Assembly: GCA_002104945.1 (NCBI GenBank) | Contig: MCFH01000173.1 | Location: 1 to 21,415, forward strand | From: Piromyces finnis finn | Lineage: Eukaryota > Fungi > Neocallimastigomycota | DNA: 21,415 bases | Direction: 5' to 3' | Program-made: the position numbers and the translations under genes | The notes under the pieces: model-generated | Databases searched by the model: none | What the model was told of the DNA's origin: nothing | The model's input: only the letters and a program-made list of their open reading frames with translations | In this document: positions 1 through 10,816 of the stretch, piece by piece | Layout: each line of letters starts with the position of its first letter | Numbering within the stretch: position 1 is the stretch's first letter

Positions 1-118
1 AAATTTTATCAAATTTATGAAAAGAATGAAACATAATATCGAATTATTTTATTTTTTTATTCGCAATAATGAAATAATAATATATTAATAAATTTAAATA
101 TATATTCATTTAAAACAG

Positions 119-790
119 TAGTTAAACAAATATAGATGAAATGGGTATAAATCAAAAATAAAGGGTTCATATGCTTACACTCAATGGAAATTGGAAAATA
201 TACTAAAAGAAGAGTAAAGACTTCCGTTTCACCCGAATGGGCAATCGAACGCCAAGAATATGAAAGAGAACGTGCTAATAGTTATTCAGAGGATTTTATA
301 ATAATAGAGATTTTAAATTTAGAGCTCCTGTTGTTAGAAATAATGTAGTTAATTATCCAGATTTTAATAATGGAATGAGTAAGTATTATAACATTTTAAG
401 AGATAATATAAAATTGTTTTTTTTTTCATAGAATTATAAAATTAATAAATTTATAATATTATAGAGAAACAAAGTATTCCAAGACCTGTTAGTACAACAA
501 TTGCAAATCCAAGTAATTAAGAAGAGATATAATGGTAATCCAATTCGTTACTCCGCAATTAACCTGACAAATACAGTCGTATCACTTTACAAAAAATTTT
601 TGATGATGTTTTTTCCATCTAGAAATTACACTTTGGTTCGAAGTCAAATTCGTCATCAGTAGCATATTATAGTCAAAATAATACACCAAATCGTAATAGT
701 GAATTTTAGTACCAAGAAACTACGGTTATACTACCAACGCCTACCCATCAAGAAATTATGAAAGAAGAAATATTTAAATCAACGGATTAA
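119..790 (+). CDS. 3' exons of an unidentified protein-coding gene (5'-partial, frameshifted)
   Basis: GC is higher than in the flanks. Candidate acceptor ...aaaacag at 118. Readable stretch KGFICLHSMEIGKYTKRRVKTSVSPEWAIERQEYERERANSYSE, then (after a shift) YNNRDFKFRAPVVRNNVVNYPDFNNGM. Canonical donor gtaagt at 379 and acceptor attatag at 464, joining in frame to KKQSIPRPVSTTIANPS. Last frame ...ETTVILPTPTHQEIMKEEIFKSTD* with TAA at 788-790. Several frame changes are needed and no family was recognised. Confidence 0.5.
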
Positions 791-1099
791 TCATAATATA
801 TAAAACAGTAATTAAAAAATGAAAAAATAATCATTTATATATCAATGTTGCGTTTATACATATAATACAGGAAACGAACACTTTAATTCATTCATTATAC
901 TATTATTAATAATCAATTTTTCTACAATAATCATTTATAAAATTTAATCATAACACAGCCTTTTTTAATATAGCTTAAAAAATGTATATATATATATAAT
1001 TCCAATTTTTTAAAACTTTATAAAAAGTAAAAAATAGAATGATATCATTATTAATTTTATAATATAGTATTTATAGTAATTCAAAACGAAAAAAAAAAT

Positions 1100-1117
1100 A
1101 CACACATACACACACAC
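1100..1117. repeat. Short imperfect (AC)9 microsatellite
   Basis: acacacatacacacacac read directly in an otherwise A/T-only intergenic region. Confidence 0.7.
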
Positions 1118-2545
1118 TCATAGAAAAAGGAAATTTAGTTAAAAGGATATATATTTATAGAGATAATAAATAATTAACTATTTATTTTTAATATAATCAT
1201 AAGTTAATTATTTATTAATTTAAGTGATATTCTTTTATCAAATTTCTTAATTGGATTTTCGTTTCTACACTATAGTTTTTATTAATAATTAATTATATCA
1301 TTTTTATAGACAACCCCTTTACAATTCATAAAAAATAATCAAAAAAATGAATTTTAATTTTAAAATCAATAATTATTGATAAAATAATTGGGGTGATTAT
1401 ATTTTTATCCAAATGTGTAAAAAATTATTATACAAAGGTATATTAAACTAAAAAAAAAAAAAAAAAAATACATATATCTAATATCTATAAATTTAATAAT
1501 TGGGAAAAAAAATAAATAAATAAAATATCAAAAGCTTAGACTAGTTAATGTTATCATTAACTATTAGTTTAAAATAAAAGGAAATTTAATTTTAAAAAAT
1601 CTTTTTATTTTAAATTTTTTTTTTTTCCAAATTAATTATAAAAAAATGAAATTTTTTAAAAGAATATCAAAACTATTTTTAAAATTTATCTTTTAAAATA
1701 TATAAATTATAAAGAGAAAAAAAAAATAAAGAAAATTAATATAAATTAAATATTAAAAATAAATATTATACAGTAATAAATAATAATAATATATAAATGA
1801 AATCATAATAATAACAATAAAAAAAAATATATAAAAATAAAAAAATTAAAAAAAATAAAAGTTTTAAAGGATTATACCTTTTTTTTTTTTTTTTTATTTA
1901 TTGATCTTATATTTATAAAAGGTATTTTTCTTTTTTCTTTATTTGTAAAGTATTAATGAATATCTATAAAAAATTCATATAGTTTATAAAAAGGTATATT
2001 TGATGCCTTTAAAAAAAAATTAAATAAAGGTCTTTAAAAAACCTTTTCTGAATTTTTTTTTTTTTTTATTTCAATGAAATGGAGACAAAAATAATGTTTT
2101 AAATTTTAATGGAACAGACGATGCTTCATCCCTTTTTTACTTTTGTAGATAAACTTTAAGGAAAAAATATTAATTTTTTTTTTTTTATGTATTTTAAAAA
2201 GATGTATATTTTATTTTTATTAATTAAAAATAATATTTGATTTAAATAATATATAAAATAAAATGGATATTAGAAAAAATATTAATATATAAAAATTTAA
2301 ATATAATATAAAAAAATAAAATCTAATTACTTTTTTTTTTTTTTAAATTATGTATATTTATAATTATAATTCTGGGGAAAAAAAAAAAAAAAATTTTTTT
2401 TTATATTATTACATCCTAAAATACTATATATATTAATGGAAATAGAGGAATTAAAAACAAATGAAAAATAATATTTTATATAAACTTTTTTATATGACGC
2501 TTATTTTTCTAATACTAAAAAAAAAAAAATTATGGTGGGTGCTTT

Positions 2546-5500
2546 TTATCCTAATAATTCTGCAGCAGAGGTAGTTATTGCTTCTAATTCTGGCATTGGT
2601 TCTGGTTCTGGAATTATGGATGAAGTGGCTACATTTGAACCAGCATCAATCTTCAACAGCTTCAGCAACAGCTTCTTCTTCAGATGAATAGTTTTTCTAT
2701 GGCAGAATATAATTCATCCTTTATAGAAGATGGTTCTTGTGCATTGGTTTTCATCTTCCCTTTCATCCTTCATAATTTCTGATTCTTCCATCATACCTTC
2801 TTCTTCATAATCATTATCTGTTGTAATACTATCAATATCATGTTTCATCATTCATTTAAACTAGCAAAAATATTAGAGGTAGGGATGGAACGATCTGCTT
2901 CCTCCTTTTTCACTGAATGTGCTCCAGAGGTAAATCCCTTACCAGTTTGCTTTCTCATCCATTGTTTTCTAAACCTGGTGGTTTATTACCTTTATTAAAG
3001 TTAAATTTGTTATTGAAGGAACCAGAACGGCTGGATTGGAAACTACCTGTCTTCTTTTCACCATTTACACCATGCTTATTATAGTGATGGAAACTACCAC
3101 TGTTGGGAAACCCTTTTCTTTCCTTTGGATTATATTTGGTTTGACCTTCTTCACTACCATTGTTTCTCATCTTTGGTGGACGATAAACATTACCACTGTC
3201 ACTATTGTTACGGCTATTATGATAGTGATTGATGATGAATGAGATCATCAATCTTACTCTTTAAGTTTTCAATAGTACGTTCCTTTTCTTGAATTAATTA
3301 CCTTTTGAATTTTAAGTTCATCTTCAAGTGTGGAACAGTGATGATTCTTTTCAATAAGTTGAAGTTTTTAAAATGGTTACTTCTACAGCAATGTGGTGAA
3401 TTGTTGCATTTGTTGAACGACCTTATTAAGAGTAAGTTTAATTGTTGATTTATCATTTTGTAAATGGTTTACTAATACCTTTAATTGATCATTGGATTGT
3501 GGTAGATTGTTGATATCAACACCAGTTGGAGTTAATGGTGGTAATGGAATATTGGCTAAAATGGAATCCATAGCTAAGCTGGTGGCTTGGTATCCATTTA
3601 AGATAGAAGCAGCTGAATTTTGGTGAATTGGTTGGAATATCAAAAACCTGGTGGAGTTGCGGCGGAAAGAAGCATTAGCTATTGAATTGCCATTATTAAT
3701 ACTAGATGGGAATGGAGCAAAGGAGGATGTGGAAACAGTATTTAATAATTTTTCATTGTGTGGCTTGAAAAGATTGAATCTCTTGAGTAATTTCAACACC
3801 ATTGATAAAAACTTCTTCATTAACTAATTCTTGATTAGGTTCAGACATGATTTCAGTACTTTCCTTTTCAACGACTTCTTTAACATCTTCAGATGCAATT
3901 TCTTTAACTTCTTCCTTTGTTATTTGTGCTTCCTTTTCAGTATCATTTTCTTTTGGAATTTCTTCAGTAACATTTTCTTTAGTTGCTTCTTGAATATCCT
4001 CAATTTCTTGCTTTGGTTCTGGTTTTGGTTCTGGTTTTGGTTCTGGTTTTGGTTCTGGTTTTGATTCTGGTTTTGATTCTGGTTTTGGTTCTGGTTTTGG
4101 TTCTGGTTTTGATTCTGGTTTTGGTTCTGGTTTTGATTCTGGTTTTGATTCTGGTTTTGGTTCTTTTTGTTCTGGTTTTGACTCAGACTTTGGTTGTGAT
4201 TGTGGTGATGAAACAACCTTTGGTTTTTTTTCTGACTTTGGTTTTGCCTTTTGATTTTCTTCAAAAGCAGATTTAATAATCTTTTTAATTTTTAATTTAT
4301 TTTCTTCTGGTTTTTTTAATGGGGAAGTTGATTCATTTGGTGGTGTATTGGCTTTTTAACCTTCTTCTCAACTGGTTTATTAACAATATCTGTGAAAAGC
4401 ATTTCTTTTCAACATTTTCAGTTTCTTTCTTTAAAATTTTTTCGGAAGCTTTAATGGAATTCTTTATTAAGTTTTCAGTAATAACAGCTTTAGATGGTAA
4501 TGGAGAAGTCTTTTTTGGTTTTACTTCTTGTTTTGCTTCTTCTTTAACTGGTTCAGGTTTAATTTCAACAACTTGTTTCTCTACCTTTTCTTCAACCTTT
4601 GGTTCCTTTGGTTCTTCAACTGGTGTAGTTGCAACTGCAGCGGCGGCAGCCTTCTTCTTCTTCTTATTGGCCTTTTTTTATTCTTTTTTGATGATGAAAC
4701 CGATATACCTAATTTTTGGAAGGTTAAAGAAGTTTCGGACATACGGCAGGATTCTTCAATAAACATACTATCCAACTTTATACCCATATGAATAAAACCA
4801 GCCATAATTTCATTTTGACTTCTAGTTACAATGTCTTTTCTCTTTTGAACTAAATCATTATACTTTTGATTTCCTTTAATAGAAGTATATCTAGATTGAA
4901 TAAATTGCTTTTTCTTAAGTTCACCTTCTTGTAATAAACATAATAAAACATCGACAATAGAATCTTCCATGGTGCTAATAGAAAAGACACCATTTAATAA
5001 ATCTTTAGAACGATTAGAATTGGATTGATTTTCTGTAGATTTAATTTGCTTCATAAAATCTTTCTTATTAACAGTTTCTAAACGACCAGTAAGATTAATT
5101 GATTTTTTATATTCAGCAATAAGTTCATCATATTGACCCTTCAATTTGGCTCTTGCTTCATCATTATCCTTAAGGAATTTGTCAACAGATTCTTGCCAAT
5201 TATCTTCGATCTTTGAACATTTATCCAATTGGGTTTGACAACATTCTAATATTTCTTGATATTCATTTTTAATTTCATTATTTTCCATAGACTTAGTAAG
5301 ACGTTCTTTTTGAATAGTTAATGAAGTAACAATCTTTTCCTGGATTTCCTTAATTATACTTTTTTGTTCTTCTAAAATTTTTAAAAGAACATCTTCCTTC
5401 CATTTTGATTGTATTCATCTTCATTTTTGAAGAAATCATCAAATGTTTTATCCATGTATTCTAAAATTTCTTCATCTGTTTTACCTTTCATAAAATTATC

Positions 5501-6699
5501 GGCATTCTTCTTCTTTTTACCTTTTTAATATGGGAAGCAACATTATTATTCCAATAATCAGCAAATTTTGGAATAAGTTCACTGTGTGAATCTTTAAATA
5601 TATTAACAGTTTTTCTCTTTAATATTTCAAAATCAATAGCCTTCTTCTTAATATTTTCCCAATAAGATAACATATCATTTGAAAAGGACCAAATCTTTTC
5701 TCCTTCATTTCTATAATAAAAATGTTAATAGTTAAGTGGTCATAATAAATAAATATAATATAAAATATAATGAAAATATTAATTATTAGAAAAAAAAAAA
5801 AGGTAATATAAAAGTCTATTATATTATTAATATAATTTATATGTAATATGAAACTAAATTTCAATTTATCTCCATCCTTAATTAATTATTGATTTTTTTT
5901 AACAAAACTCTTTTAATTTATTTATATACATTATAGTTTATATTTACTTTATTGCTTTATCAAATGTATCCTTAATTTTTTCAATAAGAGAATTAAGGGA
6001 ATTAATTTCTTGGATAATTGAAAATACAGAATTTTTGTTGTAGTTCCAGATAAACTTTTTAATTCTTCAATACCTTCAGAAATTAGAGAAGGTTTTAATA
6101 AATTAAAGTTTTCATTATTAATTTTAAGACTGGCTTTTTCATTTTCAATTTTTTCTAATAATTGTAATAAACTGCCAATTACAGGTTTTTCAGAAGAAAG
6201 AAGGAAATCTTTATAAATTTGATCAATTTCTACAATATCAAGATCTTCAAAAGTTGGTTTTAATAATGATTGCTTCATAAAATCATTAACATATTTATTA
6301 ACATCAGCAATAGGTTTAGATAAATCTATTTCACAAGACTAACACTAACATTTTCAATTTCTTTTAAAAGATAATAATTGTTTTAAATTATTCTCTAATT
6401 GTTTGTTATCTAATTTTGATTTTGTAACAATACTATTTTCGCTATCATTAGTCTTATTAAGGTATTGACGACTTTGAAAAGTGAAATATTTTTGATAAGC
6501 ATAAGTTGTCCAATCTTTTAAATTATCTCCTTTAATTTCATTGACAATTGACCATTAATTCCTTTAGTAACATCTGTCTTTTCAAGTTGAATTTTTGGAA
6601 ATTGTTCTAAACTCTTTAAATAAGTTTCAGATTCTTCTTCAAAATTCTTTGAAAATTCCTTTTTAATTCCAAGCATAGTTGACATTTTTAAATTAGAGT
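2546..6699 (-). CDS. Large hypothetical protein (over 1000 aa if repaired): helical/coiled-coil N-half, K/E/P-rich repeat linker, second coiled coil, N/G/S/R-rich and acidic C-terminus; multiply frameshifted
   Basis: ORF fragments 5949-6278, 5488-5673, 4581-5288, 3383-3820 and 2955-3251 lie on one strand and link through single-base shifts. Intron 5947..5711 (gtaaat...ttattatag) joins DKAIK|[22 protein letters not shown] in frame. Acceptor-like aatag at 6701-6700 precedes in-frame [11 protein letters not shown] (ATG 6685), so an upstream exon may exist. The best-supported end is ...[10 protein letters not shown] (TAA 2548-2546). No known domain recognised. Confidence 0.7.
4021..4164 (-). repeat. 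Coding 12-bp tandem repeat, 12 units of GGTTTTG[G/A]TTCT, encoding (E[P/S]KP)n on the minus strand
   Basis: Counted directly: 12 contiguous units differing only at position 8 (7 G, 5 A), with degenerate units on both flanks. The frame flanked by ...[12 protein letters not shown] and [13 protein letters not shown]... gives EPKP/ESKP. Confidence 0.95.
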
Positions 6700-8603
6700 C
6701 TATTAAAAAATATATATAATTAAACGTAATTTCCTATTTTATTTATACTTTTATCAACAAAATTGATACTACATAAAATTTTTTCCGTTATATACTTGAT
6801 GATTATTAACGAAATAATATTTTATTTCATTATATCATATTATATTGATTTTAATTATAAAAAAAAATAGTTATTTTATTTATTTTAATTTTTTTAAATA
6901 ATAAATAGTTTTTTTTTTTCTGACCTTTTTTTTTTTTTGATTATTTTATTGACACTTTAAAATAATTAAGATCTTATATTATTTGATATCATACACATAT
7001 TATAATGTAATTAAAATATATTGGTATATTGTATTTAACCAATCATCCTTTGTATATTTATTTTTTGATATATTTTTATGATTACCAATTTAATAAATAA
7101 CAGAAATATATTTAAATTTTTATAATAAAAAGATTAATAATGAAATGAAACATTATCAAATATAAAGAATATCAAATAATAATTATAATATACCTTCTTA
7201 TAATTGAATACTACTTCATATTATGTGAATATATTTACTATAAAAATTATATATTTTTCTTTATTTAATAATTATAATTTTTAATATTAAAATAAATGAT
7301 ATAATTATTATTTTCTATATTATTTAATAATTATAATGACTAATTTATTTACAAATAAACTTTTTCTTTAAATACTATTATACTATTTCTTAAATGAGAA
7401 AAGGATTAATAATATTCATTTTAAAAAAAAGGATAAAATATTATATTAGTATTGCTATTTAATCACTTTATAATTAAAAAAAAAAAAAAAGAGTATTTTA
7501 AAATCATTAATATTTTAAATAATTAACAATGCTCAAAAATTAAATTATTATACAAAACTGTATTAAAAAAAATTGTATTAAGGAATTATGCTAAATAGAT
7601 TTTAATTCCAAAATTGTTATAAAAAATGGATAAATACTTATAATCAATATCTTTGATTTATTATTATTTTTTACCTTGCTTCTTTTTTTTTTCTTTTTTA
7701 TTTTAATAAATAATAAAATAATATATAAATTAATAAGAGATAAAAAAAAGAAAGTGTATTAATATCCTTAATATTAAAATTAATTAATCTATTGTTACAC
7801 AATTATTTAAGATCAAATTTTATAAAAAAAAATTATTATGATTATCTCTTTTTTTTTTTAAAATACATAATAATTATATTAAGTTTATTATTACTGTTTT
7901 CGAATTGCTATTTTGACTATTCCTTGATATATTTATTTTAAATAGTAATTGCTTTACATATTCTAATTATTTCACTTAAACCACAGTATAATAAAATACT
8001 AAAATAAAATCATTACACAAAATAAGATACATCCATTTTTAAAAATAAATGTATAATGAGTATATTAAGCTCCATTGAGCTTAATATTAATTTCTTTTTT
8101 TCTTATAAACTTACAAAGAAAAATTCTCATAAAAAAATTACTATCAGCTATGAAATCAAATATATGAATAGATTATACAGATTTTTATATGATACTTTCA
8201 ATAAATAATTAAGAAAATCTATAAAATTATTTAATAATTATAGGTATATTAATTTAAAATCTATAATATAAATATATTTAATAATTATAAATAAATAATA
8301 ATAAAATAAATTAATTAATTATTATTATTATTATTTTATTTGTGTAAATTAAAGTAATAGTATTATAGTACTTTAATTTATTTATTTTTTTTTTTTATTT
8401 TCTTTATACATTGCTATTTGATTGTATATACTATTACTTATGATTAAATATGAATAACTTTTATATTTTGTTTTTTCCGGTTTTTCTGTTTTCTTTTTTT
8501 ATTTATTTATTTGTTTTTTTTTTTTATTATTATTTATCTTATATTATTTAATAATATGTTGTTAATACATTTATTTAAATCAATTTCTTATTTGATATTT
8601 ATC

Positions 8604-9609
8604 TTAATCCTTCTTGTTAAGTACGGCGTCAATATCTTTAAGGAAGGCACTTGCAACAAAGTTACCTTCTTCATCAAACCAACTACCATATGATTTCATT
8701 AATGACTTTTTAGTAACCTTATTATTTTCATTTAATTCAATGTTAATTTCAACATTATCAGAGTATTTCTTGTTCTTAAAAACTAACAACTATAGTTTTT
8801 TCTATGAATTTTAAACATTTCATAAGTTATATGAAAAATATTAAAAATAATTAATATAATTAATTTATAAGTTTTTTAACAATATTTATTTTCAATTATA
8901 ATGAAAATTATTAATATTAAAATATTATAATTGTTATCTTTGCATGATACAAATTAATTATACATACTACTTTTTCGTCTTGCTTATTACCATTGAAAAT
9001 TTCATCCTTCTTAACAAACTTAACGTAAAGGGTTAAAAGACCGCATAAAATGAAATATCTGTATTAAGAGAATAAAGAAGAATGATAATAGGATATAAAA
9101 CTGAAGAAATAAAAACTAATTTATGTAAACAAAAACGTGTTTTAAAAATAAAAATTCTATTAATAAATATTAGCATTTGTAATAAAAAAAAGGATACAAT
9201 GAAACTGAAACAGCTAAAATTCCTTTGCAATTTTCGAATGGAGTAAGGTATGAATAAAGACTGGCGGCACCAGCAATTATGCTGGCAGTATAACCAAGAA
9301 ATAGATAAACATTACTGTGTTTGAAACTTCAGTATATCCATAGACTTTAGTAAATAACTAAAATTATTCAAGTGGTTTTGTTTATATTTATAAAAATTAT
9401 TTTTTAGAATTTTTATTGTAATTATTTGTTAATAAAATGGTGAGGAAATATGTTTAATGTGTAAATTCAAAATTTATATATTACTTTTCCAACAGCATTT
9501 TCAATTGCATATTGAACATCAACATTGGAGTATTTTTTAATTTTTAAATCCTTAACTGTTTTTCAGTATATAATAATGATATTATTAAATAAATAAGTAC
9601 ATTGGACAT
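8604..9609 (-). CDS. SPC2: Signal peptidase complex subunit 2 (SPC25/SPCS2 family), spliced and frameshifted
   Basis: Hand-spliced exons about 9555-9485, 9357-9198, 9058-8968 and 8801-8604 give ...KDLKIKKYSNVDVQYAIENAVGK|LFTKVYGYTE(VFK)HSNVYLFLGYTASIIAGAASLYSYLTPFENCKGILAVSVSL|YFILCGLLTLYVKFVKKDEIF...KKYSDNVEINIEL...KSYGSWFDEEGNFVASAFLKDIDAVLNKKD*. This shows the two TM helices and the C-terminal KS-x-x-x-[WF]FD-x-x-G motif of SPCS2. Start is probably ATG 9609, via either a 45-nt intron (9600-9556) or one indel. Shifts near 9326 and 8780. Confidence 0.85.
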
Positions 9610-10816
9610 GATGTTAATTGCTTTTTATATTTATACTATATTATATATTATACCAGAATTGTAAAAGGCATTTTTCTTTTCTTCCATTTTGTATTATATT
9701 TCCTTATATGAATAATAAATTAAAATAATTATAACAAATATTAATAAATGAAAAAATATATATTGAATTTATTTTATGTATATATGGAATATTATTAATG
9801 GAACGTAATCTTTTGGATTATGTATATTCGAAGTATTCATTATTATTATTATTATATATAAATAATATAATATATTTTTATATTTTATTTATCAACTACT
9901 TTATTCTAATTTATTTTGTTGTTAATATTTACTATTAATTTAAATATTTTGAATTTATTAAATAAAATTGGTTCAATGAATTGAATAAGTAAATATTATA
10001 AATTAGCTTAAAATTTACCTTTTTAAATTATTTTTTTTATAATCTATAAATTTTAAATAATAATTTTTGTTTTTATATTTTATTTTAATTTTCTATAATA
10101 ATTTATTTTTATTTTTTCTACCTTTTTTAAATAAAAAAAATAAAACAATTTTATAATAATAAAAAAAGTAAATAAAAATTGGTTTTATGAATATAATTAT
10201 TTCTTTGGTAGAAAAGCAGTTAAAGTAAATTGTTTTAGTATTTTTATACAAGTCAATCGTTGATTGGTAATAAAATTAGAAATATTTATTTAATTTTAAT
10301 AAATGAAATATTCAAAAAAAAAATTAATTATTTTAATATACAATTTTTTCTTTAAAAAAAAAATGTTTAATCCATTAATAAAAATATATAAATATATATA
10401 ATTTAAAGAAATCTAAATTTGAAATTTTAATTATTAAAAAAAAAATTGAAAATAAAAATTATAGTCTATTGCACTTTATATTTCTTTTAATTATTATTTA
10501 TATTAAAGAAATTTTTATTAAAAATATAATATGTAATTATTAAATTGTTTCCTCTCTCTCTCTTTTTTCATAATAATTGCTAGGAAATAAAGTTTATATG
10601 ATTATTATTGCGGTTAATTCTATATACAATAAGTTTATTAAAAAGTGAATGTATATATACTTTATTATATATGCAAGGATTAATTATATTATTTAGTTAT
10701 TATAAACTAAGTTTTTTGTTATCTGGTATAAAATTAATATTAAAATGAAAAAGTTTTTGCATTTTTTATTTGAAAATGTTACTTTGATATGAAATAATTG
10801 TTGAATATCAAATATC

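Noticed and set aside
635-645. GGTTCGAAGTC resembling a tRNA T-loop
   Set aside because: No flanking T-stem, acceptor stem or D-arm could be paired, and it lies in the coding exon of the edge gene.
1542-1563. 9-bp inverted repeat TAGTTAATG-ttat-CATTAACTA
   Set aside because: Mostly A/T and short. Plausible by chance at this composition, with no supporting context.
790-2545. Long A/T-tract intergenic regions (also 6700-8600, 13700-14870 and 16916-17980) as possible transposon remnants
   Set aside because: No terminal inverted repeats, target-site duplications, or transposase/reverse-transcriptase fragments recognisable by eye. The composition is ordinary for such an AT-rich genome.
4021-4164. 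Short direct-repeat array as a possible CRISPR
   Set aside because: Units are contiguous 12-mers without spacers, lie inside a eukaryotic CDS, and no cas genes are present.
3920-4264. ORF with a long (NQ)n run suggesting a prion-like domain
   Set aside because: Wrong-frame reading of the 12-bp repeat. The neighbouring frame gives E[P/S]KP continuous with the E/K/P-rich flanks of the large gene.
3831-4791. Plus-strand hydrophobic ORFs with (WF)n, (LV)n and F-rich runs (3831-4064, 3983-4276, 4319-4762, 4528-4791)
   Set aside because: Antisense shadows of the purine-rich minus-strand coding sequence, with no independent gene signals.
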